A stretch of DNA of 64,000 nucleotides from Acidimicrobiia bacterium UBA4744 (lineage in GTDB: Bacteria > Actinomycetota > Acidimicrobiia > Spongiisociales > UBA4744): positions 38 to 64,037 of the forward strand of contig DHIO01000022.1 in NCBI GenBank assembly GCA_002403855.1, in the 5' to 3' direction. Numbering within the stretch: position 1 is the stretch's first letter; every line of letters starts with the position of its first letter. Under the pieces are notes generated by a model. That model saw nothing but the letters and a program-made list of their open reading frames with translations. It did not search any database and was not told where the DNA came from. The translations under genes and the position numbers were made by a program. Positions 1 through 9,765 of this stretch are shown here, in pieces.

Positions 1-909
1 CCAAAAACCGAATCGGCGGGTAGCAACCTCAACCAAATCGGCAGCCTCATCACCCCGTTCCTCCCGCACGGGCCGGCGGGCTTCTTCGATGATGCGGTCG
101 ACCTCGCGTTCCAGGCGCTCGATATCAACATGCATGGCGGCCGCCTCCGGACCGCCGAGGCGCTCCGCCTGGAGACGCAGGGCCGCCAGCGGCGTGCGTA
201 GTCGATGCGACAGGTCGGCCACCGACTCGCGTTCGGCGGCCAGCAGAGCCCCGAGCCGGGTCGCCAGTATGTTGAAGGCCTCGCCGACCTCGGCCAGCTC
301 GGCTGGTCCTTCCGGTTGGACCCGGACGTCGAGGTCGCCTTCCCCGAGATCATGGGCGGCGGACGCCAACCGGCGCGCCGGAGCCACGACCGAACGGCCC
401 AGCCGATCGGCGACCACCACAGCCACGGCAATCAAGAAAAGCCCCAGCGCGCCCAAGATCAAACGTGCCGGCGCTACTCCCCGCTGCAGGTCGGCGTCCG
501 GCGCAAACCCTCTCACCACCAGGGTCCCGTCGCCGGTCACCACCGGGACCAGGATCTCGATCCCGCCGTTCAGGCGCGCGATGATGGCGGCTCCCGTACG
601 TGCTCGGGAAAGGTTGGGCGAGACCTGCGCGGGAGCCCCGATGACTTCATCGCCGGGGAGAAAGACCGAAACGTTGTCTGCGTTTCCGGCGGCCAGCGCC
701 ACCCGCGCCGACAGCAGGTTGCCGATTCCTTCCTGCCCGACCGCAGCGGCGACGGCGATGGCAGTGGCAACCGATTCCGCGTCGCGTTCGACGGAAGCCA
801 GCACCCGGCTTTCGGCCTGATCGGCAACGAGACGGGAGAGGGGTACGAAGAAGGCAAGAACGATGAGCGACGTAGTAGCAAGGGCGACAAGCGCCAGCGA
901 CCGCCGCAC
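1..909 (-). CDS. Sensor histidine kinase (HAMP + HisKA), partial, runs off left edge
   Basis: Read manually: GTG at 909 overlaps the stop of the response regulator; N-terminal TM (VRRSLALVALATTSLIVLAFFVPL) and H-box ADLSHRLRTPLAALRL. Confidence 0.9.
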   Translation of the reverse strand, partial: MRRSLALVALATTSLIVLAFFVPLSRLVADQAESRVLASVERDAESVATAIAVAAAVGQEGIGNLLSARVALAAGNADNVSVFLPGDEVIGAPAQVSPNLSRARTGAAIIARLNGGIEILVPVVTGDGTLVVRGFAPDADLQRGVAPARLILGALGLFLIAVAVVVADRLGRSVVAPARRLASAAHDLGEGDLDVRVQPEGPAELAEVGEAFNILATRLGALLAAERESVADLSHRLRTPLAALRLQAERLGGPEAAAMHVDIERLEREVDRIIEEARRPVREERGDEAADLVEVATRRFGFW

Positions 910-1589
910 TATTCGGGCTCGACCAGCTTCACGCCGACGCCGAACACAGTGCGGATGAAGCGGGGTTCTGAGGCACTCTCCCCAAGCTTGCGGCGAAGCC
1001 ACGAGAGGTGCACGTCGACGGTCTTGTCGCTCCCGCCGTAAGGTTGCCGCCATACCTCGGCAAGCAGGTCTCGTTTGGAAACGACCTCTCCGGCTCGTTC
1101 GGCAAGGTAGCGAAGGAGGTCGAATTCTTTGGGGCTCAGATCCAGGGCGGTGCCCCGAATCATCGCCTCGCGGGCGGCAACATCGATCTCGAGTTCCCCA
1201 ATCCTGAGGATCGGATCCTCTGCCTCGTCGCGGGCGCGACGCAGCACGGCCCGGATCCGGGCCTCCAGTTGAGCGACCGAGAACGGCTTGACCAGGTAGT
1301 CGTCGGCACCGGCGTCGAGGGCACGAACAATCTCTGGGTCTTCGTCGCGAGCCGTCGCCACGATCACCGGAACGTCGCTCACCGCGCGCATCATCCTGAG
1401 GAGTTCGATCCCATCGAGGTCGGGAAGGCCGAGATCGAGCACGACGAGGTCGGGGGCATCTGCCACAAGCGCGTTGAGGCCTTCCATGGCGGCCGCTACC
1501 CCGGTGACGTCGTGCCCCTGCTCGGCCAAGCCGCCGGCCACCAACTGGCGGATTCGCTGGTCATCTTCGATGAGGAGAATGCGAGCCAC
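909..1589 (-). CDS. OmpR/PhoB-family response regulator
   Basis: RILLIEDD, LDLGLPDLDG, GADDYLVKPF, wHTH tail IRTVFGVG; likely GTG start at 1589 (ORF open to 1619). Confidence 0.95.
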   Translation of the reverse strand: MARILLIEDDQRIRQLVAGGLAEQGHDVTGVAAAMEGLNALVADAPDLVVLDLGLPDLDGIELLRMMRAVSDVPVIVATARDEDPEIVRALDAGADDYLVKPFSVAQLEARIRAVLRRARDEAEDPILRIGELEIDVAAREAMIRGTALDLSPKEFDLLRYLAERAGEVVSKRDLLAEVWRQPYGGSDKTVDVHLSWLRRKLGESASEPRFIRTVFGVGVKLVEPE

Positions 1590-1690
1590 GGCGCCACGAT
1601 AGAACCCTTCAATCCACACCGGGCGTTCCTTAGGAGTTTTCTATCATCTCGTTGATGCCTTCCTCACCATCAAGGACGGAGACTGCTGGC

Positions 1691-2254
1691 ATGCGCAGGA
1701 TCCTCACCGTGCTCATCTGGGTCGTCGCCGCCCTCGGCGCCACCGGCGTCGGCGCTGCGGCCGTGACCCTGGTGACGTCGCAAGTGAGCGATCCTCCGAC
1801 CGCTCCGCTGTCGGCCGAATCGCTCGAAGCACTGCCGACCACCCCCACCGTCCCACCCACTTCCGCGATGCCTCCGGTGTCGACGACCAGCACGACCTTC
1901 GTAGAGTCAACCACAACCACGATTGCGGCCCCCTCCACCACCACGACATCCGGCGCGACCACAACCAGCACGACCATGCCCTCGACGACAACCACGACGG
2001 CGCCGACGGCGACCGGGTTCCAATCCTTCACGCTCACCGGCGGAAGCGTCCTCATCGAAGTGCTCGACAACGGCGTCGCCTGGCGCTCCAGCACGCCTCA
2101 AGCGGGATTCGCGGTGGCCGTCAAAGAGACGGGACCGGAAAAGGTAGTAGTCAAGTTCGAGAGAACCGATCCCTCCGACGGGCCCACGTATGTCTTCGAG
2201 GCCGAATGGAAGAACGGGAGCCTCGACTGGGAGATCGAAGAGGACGACGACTGA
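1691..2254 (+). CDS. Secreted/membrane-anchored Thr/Pro-rich protein, divergent from the two-component system
   Basis: Signal-like N-terminus MRRILTVLIWVVAALGA, long Thr-rich linker, compact C-terminal domain. Confidence 0.75.
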   Translation: MRRILTVLIWVVAALGATGVGAAAVTLVTSQVSDPPTAPLSAESLEALPTTPTVPPTSAMPPVSTTSTTFVESTTTTIAAPSTTTTSGATTTSTTMPSTTTTTAPTATGFQSFTLTGGSVLIEVLDNGVAWRSSTPQAGFAVAVKETGPEKVVVKFERTDPSDGPTYVFEAEWKNGSLDWEIEEDDD

Positions 2255-2341
2255 CCGGTCCGTCACCACAACCCACGGAGCATTGCTCCCGACGGTTGTG
2301 TCGGGTTCGGGCGAGCCCTCCGTCTCGAACGGTGAGCCGGC

Positions 2342-3484
2342 CTACGCCCCCCCAACCGCGTGCGGGTATTCCACCGCCCGGTTCTGGAACGAGACGATCT
2401 TCGGGTTCTGGATCACCCCCTCCCGAATCTCGATGGCCCGTCCGATCGTCGGCTCGGCGTACCAGGCCTCGGGACCCGACATCACGGGCTCGAGGTAGGG
2501 AATGAGGGCCAGAGAGATCTCCCAGGAAGCACTGTCCCACAGGTAGGTGGGAGTGTGGTCGACGGCGTAGTAGACGGCCCCCCCTTGACCACCCACCCGG
2601 AAGGTGGACTGCGCGAAAGACGTCGGTCGTGCGAACGGGAATCCCATTCCCAGATCGCAGCTGACGTCGATAATGAGTGAGTTCGGCTGCAAATGCTCCT
2701 CGTCTCCGGGCTGCAAGAACATCACGGGATGGTCGGTGTCCTGGAGCGTCCCGTTCACGACCACATCGGCGAGCTTCAGCTCACTCGCCAGCGAAACCTC
2801 CTCGCCGTCTTCCGTCACCGTCGTCATCAAACCGTTGGATTGCGAACGCATGTGGCGATGACGACACCCCAAGAGTTGGTCCCGGACCAGGTGGGGAGGC
2901 CGCTGGGTGTAGATCGTGATGTCGAAGAAGCCCCGCCCCTGCAGCGCGTAGATCGCTCCCCGGCTCACCGAACCGAACCCCAAAACTGCGGTCTGCCGGG
3001 GCGGCCCGTAGAAGCCGTCCCCGCCCACCAACTCGAGCGCGTGCAGCACCCCGCAATACCCCGCCAGCTCGTTGTTCTTGTAGAACGTGTGCATCTGACG
3101 ATCACCGGCGCGGCCCCACAGGAACATTGCCTCGAAGGCGATCAAGGTCAGCCGCCGATCGATTGCGATCTCCGTGATCTCCTGTTGCTGAACGCAGTGG
3201 GGCCAGCCCCACAGCACCCCACCGGCCTTCATCTCCCGTAGGTCCTCGGCCATGGGCTTGGGCAGGATGACCACATCGCTCGACCGCAGGATTTCCGCCC
3301 GGCTCGCCAGGGCGACGCCAAGCTCCTCCAGCCGATCATCGGGGACCCCGAACCTGATGCCGTAGCCGACCTCGAGGACCAGCTTCGCCCGCTGCTCTTC
3401 GGACAATGCCGCCAGATGCAAGGGGTGGATCGGCACACGCGACTCGTTCTCCTTGCGGGAGGTGCCCACGATTCCGGTTCTCAT
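2342..3484 (-). CDS. ceo: N5-(carboxyethyl)ornithine synthase (AlaDH/PNT family)
   Basis: GTSRKENESRVPIHP, WGWPHCVQ, FYKNNELAGYCGVLHAL, IIDVSCD, YAVDHTP motifs. Confidence 0.85.
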   Translation of the reverse strand: MRTGIVGTSRKENESRVPIHPLHLAALSEEQRAKLVLEVGYGIRFGVPDDRLEELGVALASRAEILRSSDVVILPKPMAEDLREMKAGGVLWGWPHCVQQQEITEIAIDRRLTLIAFEAMFLWGRAGDRQMHTFYKNNELAGYCGVLHALELVGGDGFYGPPRQTAVLGFGSVSRGAIYALQGRGFFDITIYTQRPPHLVRDQLLGCRHRHMRSQSNGLMTTVTEDGEEVSLASELKLADVVVNGTLQDTDHPVMFLQPGDEEHLQPNSLIIDVSCDLGMGFPFARPTSFAQSTFRVGGQGGAVYYAVDHTPTYLWDSASWEISLALIPYLEPVMSGPEAWYAEPTIGRAIEIREGVIQNPKIVSFQNRAVEYPHAVGGA

Positions 3485-3701
3485 ATAGCTCACCTGGGGA
3501 CTCCTTCGTTCACAGATTCGACCGCGTCCGAGATTCGAACCCAACCCTATACCGTGGTTCGGTACGCTCCGTTGGCCACACCCGACGGGGCTCCTTCAGT
3601 TGACCTGGAGGGATTTCGTTGCCACCCGCCGTGATCCAACCGCGCTACGGCCGAGCAGCAAATCCACCCGTCCTGCCAAATCTAGGCAATACTGGGTACC
3701 C

Positions 3702-4652
3702 ATGACAGAATCCCGGTTTCGCCGCACGGGGCCATTGCGGGCGGACCCGGACGGTATTTTTCGCGCCCTCCACTCGTTTTCCGGTGTGTCGACCGGAGCG
3801 GTGGTCATGCTGGGCGTTGCTTCGGTGATCGCCACCGGCTTCACCGAGTGGGTAGCCGACCTCCCGATCCCCAACGACATCGTCTTCGTCCTGATCCTCG
3901 GGGGGGTGACCTTTCACGGCAGCGCGACAGCCGGGGTCTTCCTGGCTCTGCTGGCGGGCCTCGCCCGCCTCATCTCGACTGGTGCCCCCGCTGCTCGGGA
4001 CCCGGTCGCGTGGCCTCTCGCCGCAATGGAAGCTGTGGCCCTTCTGGCCCTGCTGTTGGGTGTGGTCCTTCTGGCCCGGGCCCTCCATCGGGCCATCGGC
4101 GCACTGCAGCACCAGGCTCTGCGCGATCCGCTCACCGGCACCTTGAACACACGGGGGTTCATGGGAATCGCCGAACGAGAACGGCTGCAAGCGCTCAGGA
4201 CCGGCCATCCGCTCACCATCGCCTACTTCGACATCGATGGTCTGAAGACGCTCAACGATGAGGCCGGCCATCAGGCCGGCGATCGTCTTCTGGTTCAGTT
4301 CGTCTCGGCGGTAGTCGCGTCGGTTCGCGCTTACGATATCTTTGCGCGCCTGGGAGGAGACGAGTTCGTGTTGGTCATGCCGGCGACGGATCAGCGGGGA
4401 GCGCTGGGCGCCGTCACCCGCATCCGAGACCAGCTCGTCGAACAGCACTCTCCTCTGTCGGTGAGTGTCGGTGTTGTGACCGATTCCGCACCCGACGAGC
4501 CGCTGGACCGTCTCCTCCAGGATGCGGACCGCTTGATGTATCGGGCCAAACGAGCGGGCGGCGATCGCCTCGTGGGAGTCGTGAGGCCGGGAGAGCCCGG
4601 CTCAGACGAGCATGTTGTCGAGTTGGCTGATTTGGTCTCCCATCACCGCTGA
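3702..4652 (+). CDS. Membrane-bound diguanylate cyclase (GGDEF)
   Basis: N-terminal TM helices; DPLTG, FDIDGLKTLND, ARLGGDEF, ADRLMYRAK. Confidence 0.92.
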   Translation: MTESRFRRTGPLRADPDGIFRALHSFSGVSTGAVVMLGVASVIATGFTEWVADLPIPNDIVFVLILGGVTFHGSATAGVFLALLAGLARLISTGAPAARDPVAWPLAAMEAVALLALLLGVVLLARALHRAIGALQHQALRDPLTGTLNTRGFMGIAERERLQALRTGHPLTIAYFDIDGLKTLNDEAGHQAGDRLLVQFVSAVVASVRAYDIFARLGGDEFVLVMPATDQRGALGAVTRIRDQLVEQHSPLSVSVGVVTDSAPDEPLDRLLQDADRLMYRAKRAGGDRLVGVVRPGEPGSDEHVVELADLVSHHR

Positions 4653-4692
4653 GGTCCGAGAACCGGAGCGCGCCCCTGAATCGTCCGCCTCC

Positions 4693-5076
4693 TCAGGACG
4701 GAAAGTCGGTTCCGGTGAGCAGCCGTCGGAGGCGATCGTACGAAGTGGCGTAGTGGACCACCAATGCGGCGGAAAAGACGATCCCGATAACCGTCTGTCC
4801 GACTGCAAACCATCCGACGGCAGCGGCGGTGAATACCGTCAGCTCGATCATCAGACGAATCCATCCGGACACCGGTATGGGGGCCTTGCCGGAGCGACTC
4901 GGGTCGCCGGGAACGTTGAACGTGCCCCACACTGCGGCCGCCGCCAGCGGCAACCCGACGGCTGCCAGTGCCCCCACCCAGCCATCGCCCAGCGTCGACC
5001 CCCACCAGGCCAACCCGCCCAGCGCACCCAACTCGAGGAGGAACCGAACCGCAAGGTTGATCGGATGTGAACCCAC
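4693..5076 (-). CDS. YrdB/DUF2568-family membrane protein
   Basis: NLAVRFLLELGAL...WGTFNVPGDPSRSG; start uncertain. Confidence 0.8.
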   Translation of the reverse strand: MGSHPINLAVRFLLELGALGGLAWWGSTLGDGWVGALAAVGLPLAAAAVWGTFNVPGDPSRSGKAPIPVSGWIRLMIELTVFTAAAVGWFAVGQTVIGIVFSAALVVHYATSYDRLRRLLTGTDFPS

Positions 5077-5311
5077 CGTGACTCCCGCTGACCAACACCG
5101 ACCCTCACCATACCCACCTCTCAACAACGCGTTTCCTGGGTGTTGCGATGCCTTCGAGGCCAACGACCCGGCCTGAGAGGTCGGTCGCCTCTAGGAGCGC
5201 CCGGGCCGACTCGGGTAGGAAGGACGGCGAAGAACCCTCCGGGCATGGCTCGGGGTTGTCGCGGCGACCACCGGCCCGCCGCCAGAGTCGAACTACGAAA
5301 GGGAGCCGTTC

Positions 5312-5746
5312 ATGCAGGTCGTTGCGGGAATCGTGATCACGGTGTTGTCGCTGCTTTGCTGGGTGGGACAAACCGTTTCCTGGCTGGCGCCGGCCACCGC
5401 CGTGAAGCTAACCCTGATGGAAGCGGAACAGGACGTAGAGCCGACGTATTGGGCGGACATACGCGGTGAAGCGCCGTGGGACTTCCTCACGCTTTGGACC
5501 TTGGTGGTGGCCGGAGTATTGCTCACCATCGACAACTCTGCGTGGGCATACTTCGGACTCATCGGGGGTGGTATGTACGTCTACTTCGCCGGTCGAGGGA
5601 TCTTCACGAGAGTGGCGATGCTGCGGCGAGGACTACGAATCGGCAGCCCGCAGAGCGTGAAAGTCGGCTTCACTTTCCTCGCCATCTGGGGCGTCATGGG
5701 GTTGGCCACCATCGTCGCCTCGGCCGCGGCCCTGCCCGTCTCATGA
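5312..5746 (+). CDS. 4-TM hypothetical membrane protein
   Basis: GGGAG RBS, four hydrophobic segments. Confidence 0.8.
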   Translation: MQVVAGIVITVLSLLCWVGQTVSWLAPATAVKLTLMEAEQDVEPTYWADIRGEAPWDFLTLWTLVVAGVLLTIDNSAWAYFGLIGGGMYVYFAGRGIFTRVAMLRRGLRIGSPQSVKVGFTFLAIWGVMGLATIVASAAALPVS

Positions 5747-5773
5747 ACCGAAGTCGGCATTAGGGGGAACCAC

Positions 5774-6214
5774 GTGGAAGTCACAACCATCACCCGTATC
5801 GTGGCGATAGCGGGCCTGATACTGATAGGGATCCTCGGTGCTCTGCAGTTCGTAGCCGTCCTACGTCCACGCAGCGCCTGGACCATTGAGAACGTCTACG
5901 GCGGGTCCCCCGACGCCACCGACCCCAAGGCCTACTTCGCGTTCAATCAGGGTTCGGCGTGGGCCGATCCATTCTTCTGGGCACCCCTCCAGATCGCTGG
6001 AAGCGTCGGGATGCTCCTCGGGCAGCGGTGGGGTTTTCTGCTTGCCCTGGCCGCTTCGGTTCCCTTCTGGTATACGGCGATATTCTTCTTCATCTGGGAC
6101 CGGGACCTCGGGTTCCGAGAAAACACCTTCAACTACTGGGTGTTCATCTGGGGGATGTGGCCGGTGTTTGGCATCCTGGAAGGCGTCTACTGCTTTGTTC
6201 GGCTCCTGGAATAG
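5774..6214 (+). CDS. 4-TM hypothetical membrane protein, distantly similar to the upstream gene
   Basis: AGGGGG RBS, hydrophobic segments, GSAWAD motif parallels GEAPWD upstream. Confidence 0.8.
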   Translation: MEVTTITRIVAIAGLILIGILGALQFVAVLRPRSAWTIENVYGGSPDATDPKAYFAFNQGSAWADPFFWAPLQIAGSVGMLLGQRWGFLLALAASVPFWYTAIFFFIWDRDLGFRENTFNYWVFIWGMWPVFGILEGVYCFVRLLE

Positions 6215-6255
6215 GAGGAATCGATGACCTGCATCGCCACGAGGAGGTAGGCGCG

Positions 6256-6948
6256 ATGCGCACGCAAATGATGATCATGCTGATCGTGATGGCGGTGGTT
6301 CTCACAGCAATCGCAGCCATGTGGGGGGTGATCTGGTGGTTGGGTGCCGGCCTCGGTTCGGTCGTGCTAGTGGCAACCGCGGCTTCGCTGATTCTGATAG
6401 TCCGACGGGTCGTGCAGCCCTGGTATCGACGCTGGGGTGCCACCGACGAAGAGACGACCATGGCGATGCCCGGAGACGAACTGATCCCGGACGCCACCTC
6501 CGTCACCCGGGCCATCGGTGTAGCCGCCCGGCCCGAGGACGTATGGCCCTGGCTGGTTCAGCTCGGTTACGGAAAAGCCGGTTGGTACAGCTACGACTGG
6601 ATCGACAACGACGGCCGCCCGAGCGCCGATGAGATCATCCCTGAATACCAGACGCTGGAAACAGGTGACCGGATCCTGATGATGCCGGAAATGGGGTTCA
6701 CAGTGACTTCTGTCGATCCGAACCGTTCGATCGTCAGTCTGCTGGAGGACGGGACCACCAGTTGGTGCCTCGGCCTCTACCCTCAGACCGGAAATGGCAC
6801 CCGGTTGGTGAGCCGCTGGAGAAACAAGTGGGGCAAGATCACTCTCGCCAACGCGCTCTTCATCGCCATCACCGACCCCGGCACCTTCATCATGGAACAG
6901 AAGATGCTGCGCGAGATCCGGGACCGGGCCGAACGGACCGGGGCCTGA
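6256..6948 (+). CDS. SRPBCC-like protein with N-terminal TM segments
   Basis: GAGGAGG RBS; WGATDEE..MPGDELI, TRAIGVAARPEDVWPWLVQLG..KAGWYSYD, FIMEQKML. Confidence 0.85.
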   Translation: MRTQMMIMLIVMAVVLTAIAAMWGVIWWLGAGLGSVVLVATAASLILIVRRVVQPWYRRWGATDEETTMAMPGDELIPDATSVTRAIGVAARPEDVWPWLVQLGYGKAGWYSYDWIDNDGRPSADEIIPEYQTLETGDRILMMPEMGFTVTSVDPNRSIVSLLEDGTTSWCLGLYPQTGNGTRLVSRWRNKWGKITLANALFIAITDPGTFIMEQKMLREIRDRAERTGA

Positions 6949-7232
6949 TCCGAGCAGAATTGCGAGGTACGAGGCTAAGCAATGTCGTCGGTCAGAACCG
7001 CACTCGCCGTCAACGGACTCGTGTTCCTCATGCGGGCCGCGCTGAACCTTCTTCGGCTCTCCGCGAATGACGCGGCGACGAGACCCCACAAGGGTGCCGT
7101 GCGAGTGATCGGCATCGGCTAGGCGGCGCTGGGCCTGATCCAGCTCGGCACGACCCGCGCAGATCTCCAAACCCTCAGATCGACCGCGGCGGCATCGGGG
7201 CTGTTCGCAGCCGCCCACCGTAAGATCAGAGC

Positions 7233-8252
7233 ATGGAACTAGGAATCACCAGCTTCGCCGAGACCATCCCCGACCCTTCCTCTGCACCGACAATCGGCCA
7301 TGGAGAGCGTCTACGTCAGGTGCTCGAGGAGATCGCACTAGCCGAAGCGGTCGGCCTGGACGTGTACGGCCTGGGCGAACATCATCGCCCGGACTTCGCC
7401 TCTTCATCACCGGCCACCGTGCTCGCGGCCGCGGCCGGACGGACATCGAAGATTCGGCTCTTCCCGGCCGTATCCATTCTCAGCACTGACGACCCGGTGC
7501 GGGTGTTCCAGCAATATGCCACCCTCGATCTGGTGTCGTCGGGGCGGGCAGAGCTGCTGGTAGGTCGGGGCTCGTTCATCGAGTCGTTCCCCCTGTTCGG
7601 ATACTCCCTGGACGACTACGACGCCATCTTCGCCGAGAAACTCGACCTGCTCCTCGCCATCAGAGACAACGAGAAGGTCACGTGGTCGGGCCGGTTCCGG
7701 CCGCCCATCAACGATCAAGGGGTCTATCCCCGACCCGAACGATCGCTTCCCATTCGAGTGGCGGTGGGCGGAACGCCCCAATCGATCGTGCGCGCCGCCA
7801 CCCGTGGTCTTCCGGTGGCCTTGGCCATCATCGGAGGAAATCCCGACCGGTTCCGGGTGCTCGCCGACCTGCACCGACGCACTCTCGCCGAGTCGGGATT
7901 CGACCCCTCAGAGGTGCCCCTGTCGGTACACGGTCACGGCTACGTTGCCGACACCACGGAGCAGGCCGTTGAGGAGTTCTACAGTTCGTACGCAGCCGCC
8001 ATGACTCGAATCGGCCGAGAGCGGGGATGGGGTCCCATGACCCGCTCGCAGTACGACATGATGCGGGGTCCGGACGGTTCCCTGGTACTCGGCGACGCGG
8101 AGACGGTGGCCGCCAAGATCCTCCGCTGGCAGGAGATCCTGGGTGTGAACAGGTTCGAGCTCCATGTCAGTGTCGGGACACTCCCCCACCGCCAGGTACT
8201 CCGCAGCATCGAGTTGCTCGGCACCAAGGTGGCACGGCTCGTGCGAGCCTGA
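7233..8252 (+). CDS. LLM-class (luciferase-like) flavin-dependent oxidoreductase
   Basis: GEHHRPDF, DPVRVFQQYATLD, GRGSFIESFPLFG. Confidence 0.93.
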   Translation: MELGITSFAETIPDPSSAPTIGHGERLRQVLEEIALAEAVGLDVYGLGEHHRPDFASSSPATVLAAAAGRTSKIRLFPAVSILSTDDPVRVFQQYATLDLVSSGRAELLVGRGSFIESFPLFGYSLDDYDAIFAEKLDLLLAIRDNEKVTWSGRFRPPINDQGVYPRPERSLPIRVAVGGTPQSIVRAATRGLPVALAIIGGNPDRFRVLADLHRRTLAESGFDPSEVPLSVHGHGYVADTTEQAVEEFYSSYAAAMTRIGRERGWGPMTRSQYDMMRGPDGSLVLGDAETVAAKILRWQEILGVNRFELHVSVGTLPHRQVLRSIELLGTKVARLVRA

Positions 8253-8273
8253 CCTTCGGACAACGGTGATTCC

Positions 8274-8296
8274 GAAGCCGGTATCCGGCTTCTGTT
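8274..8296 (+). terminator. Hairpin, possible intrinsic terminator after the LLM gene
   Basis: Perfect 8-bp stem GAAGCCGG-TAT-CCGGCTTC followed by TGTT, about 20 nt after the stop. Confidence 0.45.
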
Positions 8297-8442
8297 GCAC
8301 ATCGCGGATCTCGAGACCGGTCGCCTCACCCGCGATATCGGCGGAGAACCGGACTGAGCAGGCCGACGCCGGCGCCCACCGTGTTCCTCCCGACCCTCTT
8401 ATCCCACTCGAAGACAACGGGTTTGCGCCATAGACATGGGCC

Positions 8443-9633
8443 CTAGACCCGCGGACGTCGCGACGCCCTACGGAGGCGCGAATCCAGCGGGTGTGAGGCG
8501 CTCCTTCCACCATCGGCGTTGAGAGGCTTCATCGACGTCCGCTCGACGACATCGACCGACCGATCGAAGTACAGGGACCCGGCGGCAGCAAGCTCGGCTT
8601 CGGCGCCTCGCCGAATCGAGGCCGGACCACCGGCGAAGAGGTGGTACCGAACCGATTCTGCCGGCTCCCCGGCCACTTGCCAGACTCCGATGATGCGGCC
8701 GCGATGCACGAGCGTTGCTGTGGCGTTGCCTCCGCCGTCGTAGACAAAGGAGTTGCGGGCCGGGTCGACGAACCGGGAGCGATCCCGATACCCCTGGACA
8801 TACGGATCAAGCAACGGGAGCGCCTTCACGCCCGACCCCGGCTCGAGTTCGGAGTCACTGCCTGCAGCCCGGTACAGCGGGCCCGGCCAGCCGTCGACCG
8901 CCACTTCCTCGACTTGAGCGTCGAGGGCTTCCAGCGCGGACCGGCATCGTCTCTTGGTGAAGCCCGTCCACCAGGACATGTCGTCGATCGTCACCGGCCC
9001 GTAGGAACGGACGTACCGTTGGATCAGCTCCCGTACGGCAACCCCCTCGTCCCACCTGCGAGGATCCACGTCTGGAAGGACGTCCTCCCAACGGTGGTAC
9101 TCGCGGACGCTCGATCGCCAACTCCGCGGAGGGGCACCCCCCACGAGCTGACCGACGTCGCACATTCGGCTCACCATCCCGGACAGGTCGACAGACTGTG
9201 GGACTTCGAGCACGCGGCGCAGGCCGCGCACGGTGAGAGGCCCATCGGCCAAGGCTGCGTACACGTCGGCGGAGAGACGATCGAACACCTCCTGTGAGAT
9301 CCCCGAGTCACGCAGCCACCTGGCCGTCAACGGCTCCGAGATCCTCCGCGTCGCCGCCGCGGCGATCTCGAGAAGCTCACGAGGAAACACGAACATGGTC
9401 AGGCGCATGGCACGGATTCGAGCCAGACGCCACGAGCTCCACATCAGGCCATCCAGATCGGCCCGGGAGAATCCGGGAAGGCGGGCGAGGACGGAGAGAT
9501 ACGGGCTCACCGGACTCGTGTTGTGGAGGCCGACGAGCTCGGAGGCAATCTCCTCTATGGAGGACCCGGGCGTAGACAGCGAGTGGTGACGGGCGGCGCC
9601 TGCGAGTGCCTCGTCGGCGGTGAGCGTGGTCAC
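8443..9633 (-). CDS. AlkZ/YcaQ-like winged-helix (HTH_42) DNA glycosylase
   Basis: GLHNT..SPYLSVLARL, RAMRLTMF, YVRSYGPVTIDDMSWWTG, LPLLDPYVQGY, GRIIGVW; ORF open to 9702. Confidence 0.85.
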   Translation of the reverse strand: MTTLTADEALAGAARHHSLSTPGSSIEEIASELVGLHNTSPVSPYLSVLARLPGFSRADLDGLMWSSWRLARIRAMRLTMFVFPRELLEIAAAATRRISEPLTARWLRDSGISQEVFDRLSADVYAALADGPLTVRGLRRVLEVPQSVDLSGMVSRMCDVGQLVGGAPPRSWRSSVREYHRWEDVLPDVDPRRWDEGVAVRELIQRYVRSYGPVTIDDMSWWTGFTKRRCRSALEALDAQVEEVAVDGWPGPLYRAAGSDSELEPGSGVKALPLLDPYVQGYRDRSRFVDPARNSFVYDGGGNATATLVHRGRIIGVWQVAGEPAESVRYHLFAGGPASIRRGAEAELAAAGSLYFDRSVDVVERTSMKPLNADGGRSASHPLDSRLRRASRRPRV

Positions 9634-9765
9634 GTCCGTGAGGGCCCCTTCGTCTCCGTCTTGCTCGTGTGCTTCCCGTCGCCGGCGGTGCCATCGCGAC
9701 ACTACCTTCGGCGACGGATTCGTTGCCGGGCAGAAGTCCCCGAAGACCGCAGGTATTGTGCCTCC

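Noticed and set aside
89-1041. Long + strand ORFs 89-820 and 205-1041
   Set aside because: Antisense shadows of the histidine kinase and response regulator, typical of high-GC DNA.
1850-2010. ACC/ACG-rich low-complexity repeats
   Set aside because: Encodes an ordinary Thr-rich linker.
6980-7200. Short hydrophobic ORF MSSVRTALAVNGLVFLMRAALNLLRL
   Set aside because: Degenerates quickly; possibly a membrane-gene remnant but unidentifiable.
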